From a virus (taxonomy: Duplodnaviria; Caudoviricetes): a stretch of 52,392 bases of DNA. Positions 8,866-17,920 of the stretch are shown piece by piece; positions within the stretch are counted from its first letter, which is position 1; each line of letters starts with the position of its first letter. Under the pieces are notes generated by a model, which was given only the letters and a program-made list of their open reading frames with translations, was not told the origin of the DNA and ran no database searches. A program made the translations under genes and the position numbers. The stretch is taken from IMG/VR virus record IMGVR_UViG_3300025131_005133, positions 1 to 52,392 of that record. One strand, 5' to 3'.

Positions 8866-9767
8866 GTCATTCTCTTTGGGTAGAGAAATACAGACCATCA
8901 GACTTAAATACATACATAGGTAACGAACATCTAAAAAGTAAGGTAAGTATTTATCTTGAATCAGAAGATGTTCCCCACTTATTGTTGTATGGAGTTGCTG
9001 GAACTGGTAAAACAACATTAGCTAAAATTATTACAAGTAATATTGATTGTGATTATCTTTACATCAACGCGTCAGATGAGAACAATGTAGATAATGTCAG
9101 AACAAAGATAAAGAACTTTGCTTCTACAATAGGATTTAGAGAATTAAAAATAGTCATACTTGATGAAGCTGATTTCCTTACACCGAACGCACAAGCAGCA
9201 CTTCGTAACTTGATGGAAACATTCTCAAAACATTGTCGGTTCATATTGACTTGTAATTATGTGGAGAGAATCATAGACCCAATTCAATCAAGATGTCAAC
9301 CATATAAGATTGTTCCACCTTCAAGAAAAGAAGTGGCTATTCAATTAAAGAGTATTTTTGAAGCTGAAAATGTTACATTCAAGCTTGATGATTTAGCTTT
9401 AATCGTAAACGCCGGTTATCCAGATATTCGTAGGGTAATCAATTCGGCACAACGACAAGTTGTAGATGGTGAGTTAAAGATTGATGTTAGTTCAGTAATT
9501 CAAAATAATTACAAAGTTCAATTATTAGAAATGTTGAGTGATGGTTCAAAGTTTAACGACTTACGAAAGCTGATAGCAGATAATTCAGTTAGTGATTATG
9601 CCGAACTATATCGTTTATTATATGATGAGGTAGATACCTATTCAAATGGTAAAGTGGCTGAATGTATATTAGCAATCGCTGAAGGTGAATTTAACGATGT
9701 AAATGTTGTGGATAAGGAAATATGTTTTATGTCCACATTAATTAAAATAATGAGGATAATTAAATGA
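8853..9767 (+). CDS. Clamp loader AAA+ subunit (gp44/RFC small-like)
   Basis: WVEKYRP, GVAGTGKTT, INASDE, ILDEAD, QAALRNLME, QSRC. Confidence 0.95.
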   Translation: MAELSHSLWVEKYRPSDLNTYIGNEHLKSKVSIYLESEDVPHLLLYGVAGTGKTTLAKIITSNIDCDYLYINASDENNVDNVRTKIKNFASTIGFRELKIVILDEADFLTPNAQAALRNLMETFSKHCRFILTCNYVERIIDPIQSRCQPYKIVPPSRKEVAIQLKSIFEAENVTFKLDDLALIVNAGYPDIRRVINSAQRQVVDGELKIDVSSVIQNNYKVQLLEMLSDGSKFNDLRKLIADNSVSDYAELYRLLYDEVDTYSNGKVAECILAIAEGEFNDVNVVDKEICFMSTLIKIMRIIK

Positions 9768-9931
9768 AGAAATTTTTAGTAGAACATAGAGATTTAAGTA
9801 TTCCACCAATTAGAGTATTATTATATAATCCACCATATGAGGATGAAAATATTTTACACAAAACTGGTTGGAAAAGTAAAGATGTAACAATAACAGATAT
9901 AACAATGGAGATAGAAGATGACAACAATTAA
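9764..9931 (+). CDS. Small hypothetical protein (55 aa)
   Basis: MKKFLVEHRDLSIPPIRVLLYNPP...EDDNN*; ATGA-coupled to the clamp loader gene. Confidence 0.6.
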   Translation: MKKFLVEHRDLSIPPIRVLLYNPPYEDENILHKTGWKSKDVTITDITMEIEDDNN

Positions 9932-10166
9932 AGGTAATTTTGGTGGACCACAAGAACCACAACAGGAAATAGATTTTTCAAAAACAAGTGAAATAAAATG
10001 TGAAGTGTGTCTAAATGATACATTTGAACAAACTTTATTATTAAGAAAACTATCAGCATTAGTTTCACCTACAAATCAAGAAACTATTGTTCCAATGGCA
10101 GTGTTCGCTTGTCAAAAATGTGGTCATGTTAATAGTGAATTTAGACAGAGTGAATTAGATATATAA
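9918..10166 (+). CDS. Zn-ribbon protein
   Basis: CEVC...CQKCGHVN; GGAG RBS. Confidence 0.75.
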   Translation: MTTIKGNFGGPQEPQQEIDFSKTSEIKCEVCLNDTFEQTLLLRKLSALVSPTNQETIVPMAVFACQKCGHVNSEFRQSELDI

Positions 10167-10373
10167 ATGCCGTTCTACACTTTCAGATGTCTATCTTGTA
10201 ATCAAGAACAAGAAGTATTACAGAAAATAGATGAACCAGAACCAGTATGTGAAAGATGTGTTAATGCTAGTTGTGGTGTCCATATAGTAGAAATGGAAAG
10301 AGTGTTTAAAGTTAACGCTAAACCACATTCAAAAGATGGTTCGTGGGATTTTAAAAAGGATAAACCAAAATGA
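10167..10373 (+). CDS. FmdB-family Zn-ribbon protein
   Basis: MPFYTFRCLSC...CERC...MERV pattern. Confidence 0.75.
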   Translation: MPFYTFRCLSCNQEQEVLQKIDEPEPVCERCVNASCGVHIVEMERVFKVNAKPHSKDGSWDFKKDKPK

Positions 10374-10789
10374 CAATTATAGATTGGATGAACCAGTTGT
10401 TGGTTCACAAGAAATCGTGGGAAGAACATTCAGAAACAGACAGAAAGAAGTTCAGTCCATTTATACTAAACAGATGGTTGTCAATGGATATAGATTTCAT
10501 AGAGATAGTGAACTACTTTCAGAAATATTCTATTGGCCAATTAAAACCAAAAGAAGTATATAAGTGGTATTGTGATGTTTTACCAAAAGGTAAACGATAT
10601 AACAAATACATCAAAGGTAAGAAATCAAAAAAATATGACGAATGGTTAACAAAACTCTTGTGTAATCATTTTGAATGTAGTAAGTTACAAGTAATAGAAT
10701 ATCTTGAACTAATAAATAAACAAGAATTAAAAGACATCTTGGAGATGTATGGGATAGATAAAAAACAAATGAAGAAGGTATGCAAATGA
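10370..10789 (+). CDS. Clamp loader small subunit (gp62-like)
   Basis: FSPFILNRWLSM, LPKGKRYNKYIK; size and context. Confidence 0.75.
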   Translation: MTIIDWMNQLLVHKKSWEEHSETDRKKFSPFILNRWLSMDIDFIEIVNYFQKYSIGQLKPKEVYKWYCDVLPKGKRYNKYIKGKKSKKYDEWLTKLLCNHFECSKLQVIEYLELINKQELKDILEMYGIDKKQMKKVCK

Positions 10790-11220
10790 GTAAAACAATA
10801 AAAGATTCACCAGATTATAAAGAGTATAATAAAATATTCAATGATGAAAAGACAGAACTAAATTCATTTCTGACCAATGATGATGGAGATGCAATTACAT
10901 ATATAGAAACTACATATCCAGAAACAGCCAAAGAGTTCCAACGATTACAGTTTGAACAATGGGCTTTGTTTTGTAAGAAGCAAATGGATTATGGACCAAG
11001 TAATATAGCTATGGGAACTGAATTAAAAACAGATGAAGAAAAACGATTGAGTAAGATAGGTCTTATAGTTAGGATTAACGATAAGGTACAGAGATTAATC
11101 AATCTTGTGGTGAAGAATAATAGAGAAGCACAGAACGAACCGACAATGGACGCATTCAAAGACTTATCAGTATATGGTATAATTGCACAGATAGTTGAAG
11201 CTGGTAAGTGGGGTAAATAA
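10786..11220 (+). CDS. DUF1599 / nucleotide-modification-associated domain protein
   Basis: KKQMDYGPSNI...RINDKVQRL...DAFKDLSVYGII. Confidence 0.75.
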   Translation: MSKTIKDSPDYKEYNKIFNDEKTELNSFLTNDDGDAITYIETTYPETAKEFQRLQFEQWALFCKKQMDYGPSNIAMGTELKTDEEKRLSKIGLIVRINDKVQRLINLVVKNNREAQNEPTMDAFKDLSVYGIIAQIVEAGKWGK

Positions 11221-12081
11221 TTGGGTAGAATTTCATATTCACAACTTTCAATGTTTTCAGAGTGTCCAAAACGATGGAAACTGAATTACATAGACGATAA
11301 AAGAATATCAGAACCGAGTATTTATTTGTTGTTCGGAACAGCAATGCACGAGGTGATACAAAAGTATCTCAATGTTATGTATGAGTTTACAGTTAAACGA
11401 GCAAATCAACTCAATTTAGAACGAATACTACAAGAGAAGATGGTTGAGGTATTTAATAGAGATAAAGAAGCATATGGAAAAGACCCTTGTACAAAAGAAC
11501 AATTAAAAGAGTTCTTTCAAGATGGTTGTAACATATTAGATTTCTTCAAAAAAAATAGAGGTGAGTATTTCAGTAAAAAGGGATATGAACTAATTGGTTG
11601 TGAAGTTCCAGTAGAGATGGACTTACAGAAAAATTTAACTTGGGTTGGTTATCTTGATATTGTGATGAAAGACACAATTGGAAATGTAATCAAAATATAC
11701 GACATTAAAACATCTACAAAGGGTTGGAACAAGTGGATGAAAGCTGATGAGAATAAAACACAACAATTATTATTATACAAACAATTCTATTCAAAACAAT
11801 ACAATCACCCAATAGAGAAGATTGAAGTTGAATACTTCATAGTAAAGAGAAAATTATATGAGAATGTAGATTGGCCACAAAGACGAGTTCAAAAGTTTTC
11901 ACCAGCAAGTGGAACTGTATCAATGAACAAGGTAGCAAAGAAACTTTCAAAGTTCATCAACGAAGGTTTCAATGAAGATGGTAGTCATACAGATGTAGAT
12001 TTACAAGCAACACCAAGTAAAAAGTCTTGTAGATGGTGTGAGTTTAACGGAAGTGAATATTGTAATGAAGGAGTTAGATGA
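11221..12081 (+). CDS. RecB-family PD-(D/E)XK exonuclease
   Basis: ISYSQ...CPKRW, FGTAMHE, GYLD, YDIKTS, QLLLY, CRWCEF...C; TTG start. Confidence 0.88.
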   Translation: MGRISYSQLSMFSECPKRWKLNYIDDKRISEPSIYLLFGTAMHEVIQKYLNVMYEFTVKRANQLNLERILQEKMVEVFNRDKEAYGKDPCTKEQLKEFFQDGCNILDFFKKNRGEYFSKKGYELIGCEVPVEMDLQKNLTWVGYLDIVMKDTIGNVIKIYDIKTSTKGWNKWMKADENKTQQLLLYKQFYSKQYNHPIEKIEVEYFIVKRKLYENVDWPQRRVQKFSPASGTVSMNKVAKKLSKFINEGFNEDGSHTDVDLQATPSKKSCRWCEFNGSEYCNEGVR

Positions 12082-12437
12082 AAATGAAATATTTCTCGTT
12101 AAGAATGAAATTGGATACAATAATAATAAATGAAGGTTTTGAAAAAAAAGTCTTGGAAAATATAAGATATTGTCGTAAATTAGTGGGTAAGCAATTTAGA
12201 GTAATATTCTGGAACGAAAGCTTAACAGATAAGCAATGTGAAGAGTTTGTTAAAAGAAATGAACATCTATTATTTGAAGTACATACAAAGATTACCAAAA
12301 GGAATGATATAGTATGGTATCTCATACAAAGTGATGGTGAAAAAAGTAGATGGAGATACAAATCAGAAGGTGATATTTTAGATGGGATAGCATCTTATAT
12401 CAAATTGGTAAAACATATGAATAAAGGATCAAAGTGA
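12078..12437 (+). CDS. Hypothetical protein
   Basis: ORF coupled to both neighbours by start/stop overlaps. Confidence 0.65.
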   Translation: MKMKYFSLRMKLDTIIINEGFEKKVLENIRYCRKLVGKQFRVIFWNESLTDKQCEEFVKRNEHLLFEVHTKITKRNDIVWYLIQSDGEKSRWRYKSEGDILDGIASYIKLVKHMNKGSK

Positions 12438-12835
12438 GAATAGGATTAGTGGGAAGTCGATTATACGAGAACAAGAAAAAGATAAAAGACTTCATATTCA
12501 AACTCAAACAAGAACACGGAACAGATACAATTATCGTAAGTGGTGGCTGTAAAGATGGAGCTGATAAATATGCTAAGAAATATGCTCTTGAACTTGGATT
12601 ACAATATGAGGAGTATCCACCATTTCACGAAGTTCATAATTTGTATTGTAAATTACCAGAAAGTTGTTACGGAAAGAATTATCATGTTAAAAATTACTTT
12701 GCAAGAAACAAGTTAATAGCAAAACATAGTGATTATGTAGTAGCGTTTATTCCAGATGGTCACACATCAAGGGGAACATTATCCACAATAAAATATGCAG
12801 AAGATTTTGGTAAAAAAACAATAATAATTGATTGA
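12434..12835 (+). CDS. SLOG-superfamily protein (YspA/DUF2493-like)
   Basis: IGLVGSR, IVSGGCKDGAD, ARNKLI, SRGTLSTI. Confidence 0.85.
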   Translation: MRIGLVGSRLYENKKKIKDFIFKLKQEHGTDTIIVSGGCKDGADKYAKKYALELGLQYEEYPPFHEVHNLYCKLPESCYGKNYHVKNYFARNKLIAKHSDYVVAFIPDGHTSRGTLSTIKYAEDFGKKTIIID

Positions 12836-12889
12836 TTTCTTCACTTTGTATATACTTATTATATGTATATATGAATTAGGAGATATATT

Positions 12890-13357
12890 ATGAATATGAA
12901 TTATAAAGATGTAAAAGTATATGTGTATGGATTACTTGATGACGATGGAGAAACTGTAACATATATAGGTAAATCTACAAGTCCTAAACAAAGATTATCT
13001 GCACATTGTATAGATGGTCATTGTTCATCAAGAAAGATGATAATCATTGATATATTTTATGATACTGAATATAGGTGGATACATAAATATTTAAAAGATG
13101 GTCACCCATTGAAGAATAATGAGGTAACACCTCAGTCAGAAGATTGGAAGATTGGTGAAATTGTTGAACATAAACAATTGCGTGTGGTAAAATTTAAAGA
13201 TTTGAGAAATAACATTGTTTATAATAGTATAAAAGACGCAGCAGCTGCGACAGGTATGAGCAGATATATTGTTAGTCAATTATTATATAATAAAAATTAT
13301 AGAAAAATTCATAGTGATGAATATGAGTTTGAAATTTTAAGCACAACACGAGATTGA
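12890..13357 (+). CDS. GIY-YIG endonuclease with C-terminal NUMOD1-like HTH (free-standing homing endonuclease-like)
   Basis: VYVYGL..YIGKS..RL..H, E.RWI, LKN; YNSIKDAAAATGMS. Confidence 0.7.
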   Translation: MNMNYKDVKVYVYGLLDDDGETVTYIGKSTSPKQRLSAHCIDGHCSSRKMIIIDIFYDTEYRWIHKYLKDGHPLKNNEVTPQSEDWKIGEIVEHKQLRVVKFKDLRNNIVYNSIKDAAAATGMSRYIVSQLLYNKNYRKIHSDEYEFEILSTTRD

Positions 13358-13371
13358 TAGGAGAAATAGTT

Positions 13372-13566
13372 ATGAAAGACACCAAACTTACTTCGGTTAA
13401 GATTTTAGAAGGGTTGTATAATAGATTTAAATTAGCAACCGTAAACACCAAAATGACATTACAAAAACTGACAAATAGGTCAATGGATATGTATCTTAAC
13501 GATGAAGATTTTAGAGAACAGATAGAAACAAATCAACACTTGATTGAGAGTGGAAGCAACTTTTAG
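13372..13566 (+). CDS. Small protein, possible ribbon-helix-helix DNA binder
   Basis: AGGAG RBS before ATG 13372; LTSVKI beta strand followed by two helices. Confidence 0.6.
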   Translation: MKDTKLTSVKILEGLYNRFKLATVNTKMTLQKLTNRSMDMYLNDEDFREQIETNQHLIESGSNF

Positions 13567-13584
13567 AATAAGGAAAACGGTTAT

Positions 13585-15003
13585 ATGAGTGAAATAAAAC
13601 TCCCGAAGTTACGAAAGATTGACCCAAACAAACCCAAAAATAAAAAGATATTACTATTATCAGATGATTTAAGAATGCATTCTGGTATAGCAACTCAATC
13701 TAAAGAGTTTGTTTTGGGAACGATTCATAAGTACGATTGGGTTCAAATTGGTGGAGCAGTAAATCATCCAGAAAATGGTAAGATTGTAGATATGTCAGAA
13801 TCCTTGAGGACTGAACTTGGAATAGAAAATGGATATCTCAAACTATACCCAATATCTGGTTATGGAAATCCAGATTTACTAAGACAGATTATAGAATTAG
13901 AAAAACCAGATGCCATTATACATTTCACAGACCCACGATTTTGGATTTGGTTATATCAAATGGAACACGAAATTAGACAAAATATTCCAATTCTATATTA
14001 TAACATTTGGGATGATTTACCAGACCCATTGTATAATACAAATTTCTATCGTAGTTCAGATACATTGTTATCAATATCAAAACAAACATATGGTATAAAC
14101 AAACGAATACTATCAAAGTTTGGATATGAAGATTGGCAAACTGTATATGCACCTCACGGTATCACAGACAAACGAATATTTAAAGTTGATAAGGATGATT
14201 ATAATTTAAAACAATTTCAACAAAAATATGGTCTTGATAAATATAAATATAGGATTCTATACTTGAATAGAAATATCAGACGAAAGAATCCAGGTGATGT
14301 AGCTATGGCATACAAACACTTTATGGATGGACTTACAGAAGAACAAAGAAAAGAATGTGTATTTGTTTGGCACTCATCACCTTCTGATGAAAATGGAACT
14401 GACATGAGAGCAGTTTGTCAAACACTTTTACCAGATTATCCTGTTATATTTACTTACGATAATGGTGGTACTATGAATGATGAACAGATGAATTTCCTTT
14501 ATAATTCAGTTGATGTCTATATCAATCTAGCGTCAAACGAAGGATTTGGTTTGGGTTCACTTGAAGCTCTCACAGCAGGAACACCAATCATAGTAAATGT
14601 AACTGGTGGAATGCAAGACCAATGTGGATTTAAAAAAGATGGTAAGTATCTAACAGCAGATGACTATGTTGAGTTAGGTTCTAATCACAGAGGAACTCAT
14701 AAAGAACATGGTGAGTGGGTTAAACCAGTATTTCCGTCTAACATATCATTGTGTGGTTCACCACTCACACCATATATCTTTGATGACAGATGTCAATACG
14801 AAGATGCAGGAGAAGCTTTGAAATACTGGTATGACAAGGGACCTGAAGAAAGAGAACGATGTGGTGAAACAGGCCGTCAATGGGTGTTAGGTGATACAGC
14901 TCGTATGACCGGAAAACATCTATCAGAAACATTCATTGATACAATAGAAACTACATTTGAAAAGTGGAAACCAAAAGAACGATACACATTGGAGACTGTT
15001 TAG
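13585..15003 (+). CDS. GT-B glycosyltransferase (GT4-like)
   Basis: SDDLRMHSGIA, NRNIRRK, SNEGFGLGSLEA. Confidence 0.88.
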   Translation: MSEIKLPKLRKIDPNKPKNKKILLLSDDLRMHSGIATQSKEFVLGTIHKYDWVQIGGAVNHPENGKIVDMSESLRTELGIENGYLKLYPISGYGNPDLLRQIIELEKPDAIIHFTDPRFWIWLYQMEHEIRQNIPILYYNIWDDLPDPLYNTNFYRSSDTLLSISKQTYGINKRILSKFGYEDWQTVYAPHGITDKRIFKVDKDDYNLKQFQQKYGLDKYKYRILYLNRNIRRKNPGDVAMAYKHFMDGLTEEQRKECVFVWHSSPSDENGTDMRAVCQTLLPDYPVIFTYDNGGTMNDEQMNFLYNSVDVYINLASNEGFGLGSLEALTAGTPIIVNVTGGMQDQCGFKKDGKYLTADDYVELGSNHRGTHKEHGEWVKPVFPSNISLCGSPLTPYIFDDRCQYEDAGEALKYWYDKGPEERERCGETGRQWVLGDTARMTGKHLSETFIDTIETTFEKWKPKERYTLETV

Positions 15004-15004
15004 T

Positions 15005-16378
15005 ATGAAAAAATTAATGTTGATATGTGCACCAGTAACATCAAGAAGTGGTTATGGAGCTCACGCGAGAGATTTAGTATGGTCATTTTTACAACACGAT
15101 AAGTATGATGTGAAAATATTTGATGTTCGTTGGGGTGATTGTCCAAGAAACGCTTTAAACAAAGATAATACAAATGACAAACAAATTTTAGATTGTATTT
15201 TACCACAACCACAATTAGACAGACAACCCGACATTTATGTAGATATTCGTATTCCAAATGAATTTGAAACACATGGTAAATTTAATATCGGTATAACAGC
15301 TGGTGTAGAAACAAATGCTGTGTCTGGAAAGTGGATTGAATGTTGTAACAAAATGGATTTAGTCATAGTTCCATCAGAACACTCAAAGGTAGGATTCGTC
15401 AATTCAGTATATGATGCCGTTCAACAAGCTCCAGATGGTTCACAACAGAAAGTCGGTGAGTTAAGACTTGAAAAACCAATGGAAGTTTTGTTTGAAGGAG
15501 CAGATGAAGAAATATATAAATCATTGGAGAAGGATGAATTAGACATAGACATATATGACTTGATAGAAAATATAGTACCTGAAAAGTTTGCATTTTTATT
15601 TGTTGGACAATGGACTAAGGGTAGTTATGGTGAAGATAGAAAAGATATAGCAAAGTTGATAAAAGTATTTTATGAAGCATTTGCTAACCAAAAGAAACAA
15701 CCGGCGCTCATATTAAAAACACACGGTGCTACATTTAGTATTTTAGACAAAGAGGATACACTACAAAAGATAAATTCAGTAAAACAGATGTTCCCTAAAG
15801 ATGTAAAATTACCAAATGTATATTTACTACATGGTGATTTTACAGACGAAGAAATGAACTCACTCTATAATCACCCAAAAATTAAATCAATGGTTTCATT
15901 AACTCATGGTGAAGGATTTGGAAGACCATTATTAGAAGCAACAATGACAGGACTTCCAGTTATGACAACTGCTTGGAGTGGTCAACTTGATTTTCTCAAT
16001 CAAGATAAGTCAATGTTGATTGGTGGTGAATTACAACAAGTTCCCAGTTCAATGGTATGGGAAAATATAATTATACCAGAAAGTAAATGGTTTGTTGTAG
16101 ATGAAAATTCAGCAAGAGGAGCATTAAAATACATCATTGACAACCGATATGAAGTTAAAAATAGAGCTAAAAGTTTGATGTACGAAAACAGAGAGAAGTT
16201 TACATTAAACAAGATGGTTGAAAAACTTGATGAGATAACGAAAAAATATACAGGTAACATGCCATCACAAGTCCAATTGAAACTTCCAAAGTTAAAGAAA
16301 GCCGGAAGTTCAGAACTACCAAAAATAAAATTACCAAAATTAAAAAAAGTAACGGAGACAACTCATGCAGATGGTTAG
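15005..16378 (+). CDS. GT-B glycosyltransferase (GT4-like)
   Basis: SRSGYG, VIVPSEHSK, HGEGFGRPLLEA; ATG 15005 preferred over track start 14957. Confidence 0.88.
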   Translation: MKKLMLICAPVTSRSGYGAHARDLVWSFLQHDKYDVKIFDVRWGDCPRNALNKDNTNDKQILDCILPQPQLDRQPDIYVDIRIPNEFETHGKFNIGITAGVETNAVSGKWIECCNKMDLVIVPSEHSKVGFVNSVYDAVQQAPDGSQQKVGELRLEKPMEVLFEGADEEIYKSLEKDELDIDIYDLIENIVPEKFAFLFVGQWTKGSYGEDRKDIAKLIKVFYEAFANQKKQPALILKTHGATFSILDKEDTLQKINSVKQMFPKDVKLPNVYLLHGDFTDEEMNSLYNHPKIKSMVSLTHGEGFGRPLLEATMTGLPVMTTAWSGQLDFLNQDKSMLIGGELQQVPSSMVWENIIIPESKWFVVDENSARGALKYIIDNRYEVKNRAKSLMYENREKFTLNKMVEKLDEITKKYTGNMPSQVQLKLPKLKKAGSSELPKIKLPKLKKVTETTHADG

Positions 16379-16841
16379 TAATTGTCCATTGTGTGAAGAA
16401 CATTCACTTCATATTTTAGGACAAGAAGAATCACAGATGATGCAATGTTTAAATTGTGGTTACACAAGTACATCTAAATTTATTGGTGATAAAAAAACAA
16501 ATGAAGAATATCAAAAACTTACAGAAGACATGCAAAACTGGTCAACGGAATTTAATGGTAGAATTTGGATTCCAACAATGATGACATTACCAATTGGTAT
16601 GTTATATCCAACTAATATAGAAGAAGTTGTTGGTGATGGTACAAGAACTGTTATGAAATGGTCGTTTGCTGAAATGGTTGATATTCCAGAAGAAGAAAGA
16701 ACGAATTATCCTGTTCCTGGTGATACAGAACAATACTATGAACGAATGTATGACATTGATAACGCTAATATTTATGATGAGTTCTTTGAAGGTATGGTAG
16801 AATTAAATAACAGAATGAAAGAAGAATCTGATAATGCCTAA
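16365..16841 (+). CDS. Hypothetical protein with N-terminal Zn ribbon
   Basis: CPLC...CLNCGY; GGAG RBS. Confidence 0.7.
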   Translation: MQMVSNCPLCEEHSLHILGQEESQMMQCLNCGYTSTSKFIGDKKTNEEYQKLTEDMQNWSTEFNGRIWIPTMMTLPIGMLYPTNIEEVVGDGTRTVMKWSFAEMVDIPEEERTNYPVPGDTEQYYERMYDIDNANIYDEFFEGMVELNNRMKEESDNA

Positions 16842-17298
16842 GTTAGGTAAAGTAGCACATTACTCAAAACGACTTCTAATTCAAAAAGTACCAGAAGCTA
16901 AAATCTTACCTGGTATGTTATTAACTTTTGAATATAGTGAATCTAACATTTATGACAGACGGCCATTGATATTAGTGTTGGGAGTAATAGGTGACAGACT
17001 TGAAGGTGTTAATTTCAATTATCTAAAAGAGAGTGAAATAACTCGTTTCTTTAAAGAATGTGAAAAATTTGGAGTTGAACCATTATATGAAAATTATTTA
17101 AAATTACCTGATGATTACATTAGAGTTCCATTGAATACTAAATTTAGTCCAAGTAGATGGGATGGTAAAACAGTTTACACAAGAATATTTAAAAGATATA
17201 AGAGATACAGAGAAGCGTACAGAAGCTACAAATTGAAAAGTGTAACAGCAGCAAAAGTTGTTAATTATAAAATAAAAGGGTTAGAACAAGGTGAATGA
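16834..17298 (+). CDS. DNA end protector (T4 gp2)-like protein
   Basis: F.Y...YDRRPLILVL...GVNFNYL...YRSY resembles the gp2 core. Confidence 0.55.
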   Translation: MPKLGKVAHYSKRLLIQKVPEAKILPGMLLTFEYSESNIYDRRPLILVLGVIGDRLEGVNFNYLKESEITRFFKECEKFGVEPLYENYLKLPDDYIRVPLNTKFSPSRWDGKTVYTRIFKRYKRYREAYRSYKLKSVTAAKVVNYKIKGLEQGE

Positions 17299-17920
17299 CA
17301 TATCCATCTCATATGCAATCCTGACACACAACGAGGATAAATCATTACAAAAACTACTTGACTTTCTTGTTGAACATAAAGATGAGAATGATGAAATAGT
17401 CATACTTGACGATTTTTCAGATAATCCAAAGACAATAGAGATACTTGATTTCTATGTATCAGCTCACGACATTGTATATGAACAAAGAGAACTACTAAAA
17501 GATTTCGCAAATCAAAAAAACTACTTGAATCGTATGTGTTCAGGTGATTACATTTTTAACATAGATGCAGATGAGATGTTAACAAAGTTCTTCATGGAAA
17601 ATGTCAAGAGTGTGTTAGAAGCAAACCCAACAATTGATTTGTTTTGGTTACCGAGAGTTAATACAGTTAAAGGATTAACACAAGAACATATCAACAAGTG
17701 GAGTTGGAATGTGAACGAAAAAGGTTGGGTAAATTGGCCGGATATACAAGGTAGACTTTATAAGAAACGACCAAACATCTTATGGGAAAAACCAGTTCAC
17801 GAAAGAATTATAGGTTACAGAGAACATACATTTTTTCCACAAGAAAAGAATTGGGCTATTATTCATAAGAAAGAGATAGACAAGCAAGAAAAACAAAATG
17901 AGTTTTATAGTACAATATGA
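17291..17920 (+). CDS. GT2-family glycosyltransferase
   Basis: ISYAILTHNE, ILDDFS, IDADE, WPD.Q.R, VHERI. Confidence 0.88.
   Translation: MNDISISYAILTHNEDKSLQKLLDFLVEHKDENDEIVILDDFSDNPKTIEILDFYVSAHDIVYEQRELLKDFANQKNYLNRMCSGDYIFNIDADEMLTKFFMENVKSVLEANPTIDLFWLPRVNTVKGLTQEHINKWSWNVNEKGWVNWPDIQGRLYKKRPNILWEKPVHERIIGYREHTFFPQEKNWAIIHKKEIDKQEKQNEFYSTI

Noticed and set aside
10167-10373. Second selenoprotein (FmdB-like gene ending in TGA)
   Set aside because: All CxxC positions are Cys codons, and the terminal TGA is an ATGA overlap with the next gene
10336-10563. Alternative-frame + strand ORFs (also 13910-14098 and 21935-22117)
   Set aside because: Nested in or largely overlapping better-supported genes, with no motifs
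11221-12081. Cas4 / CRISPR system
   Set aside because: RecB-type nuclease in a replication context; no repeat-spacer array or other cas genes seen
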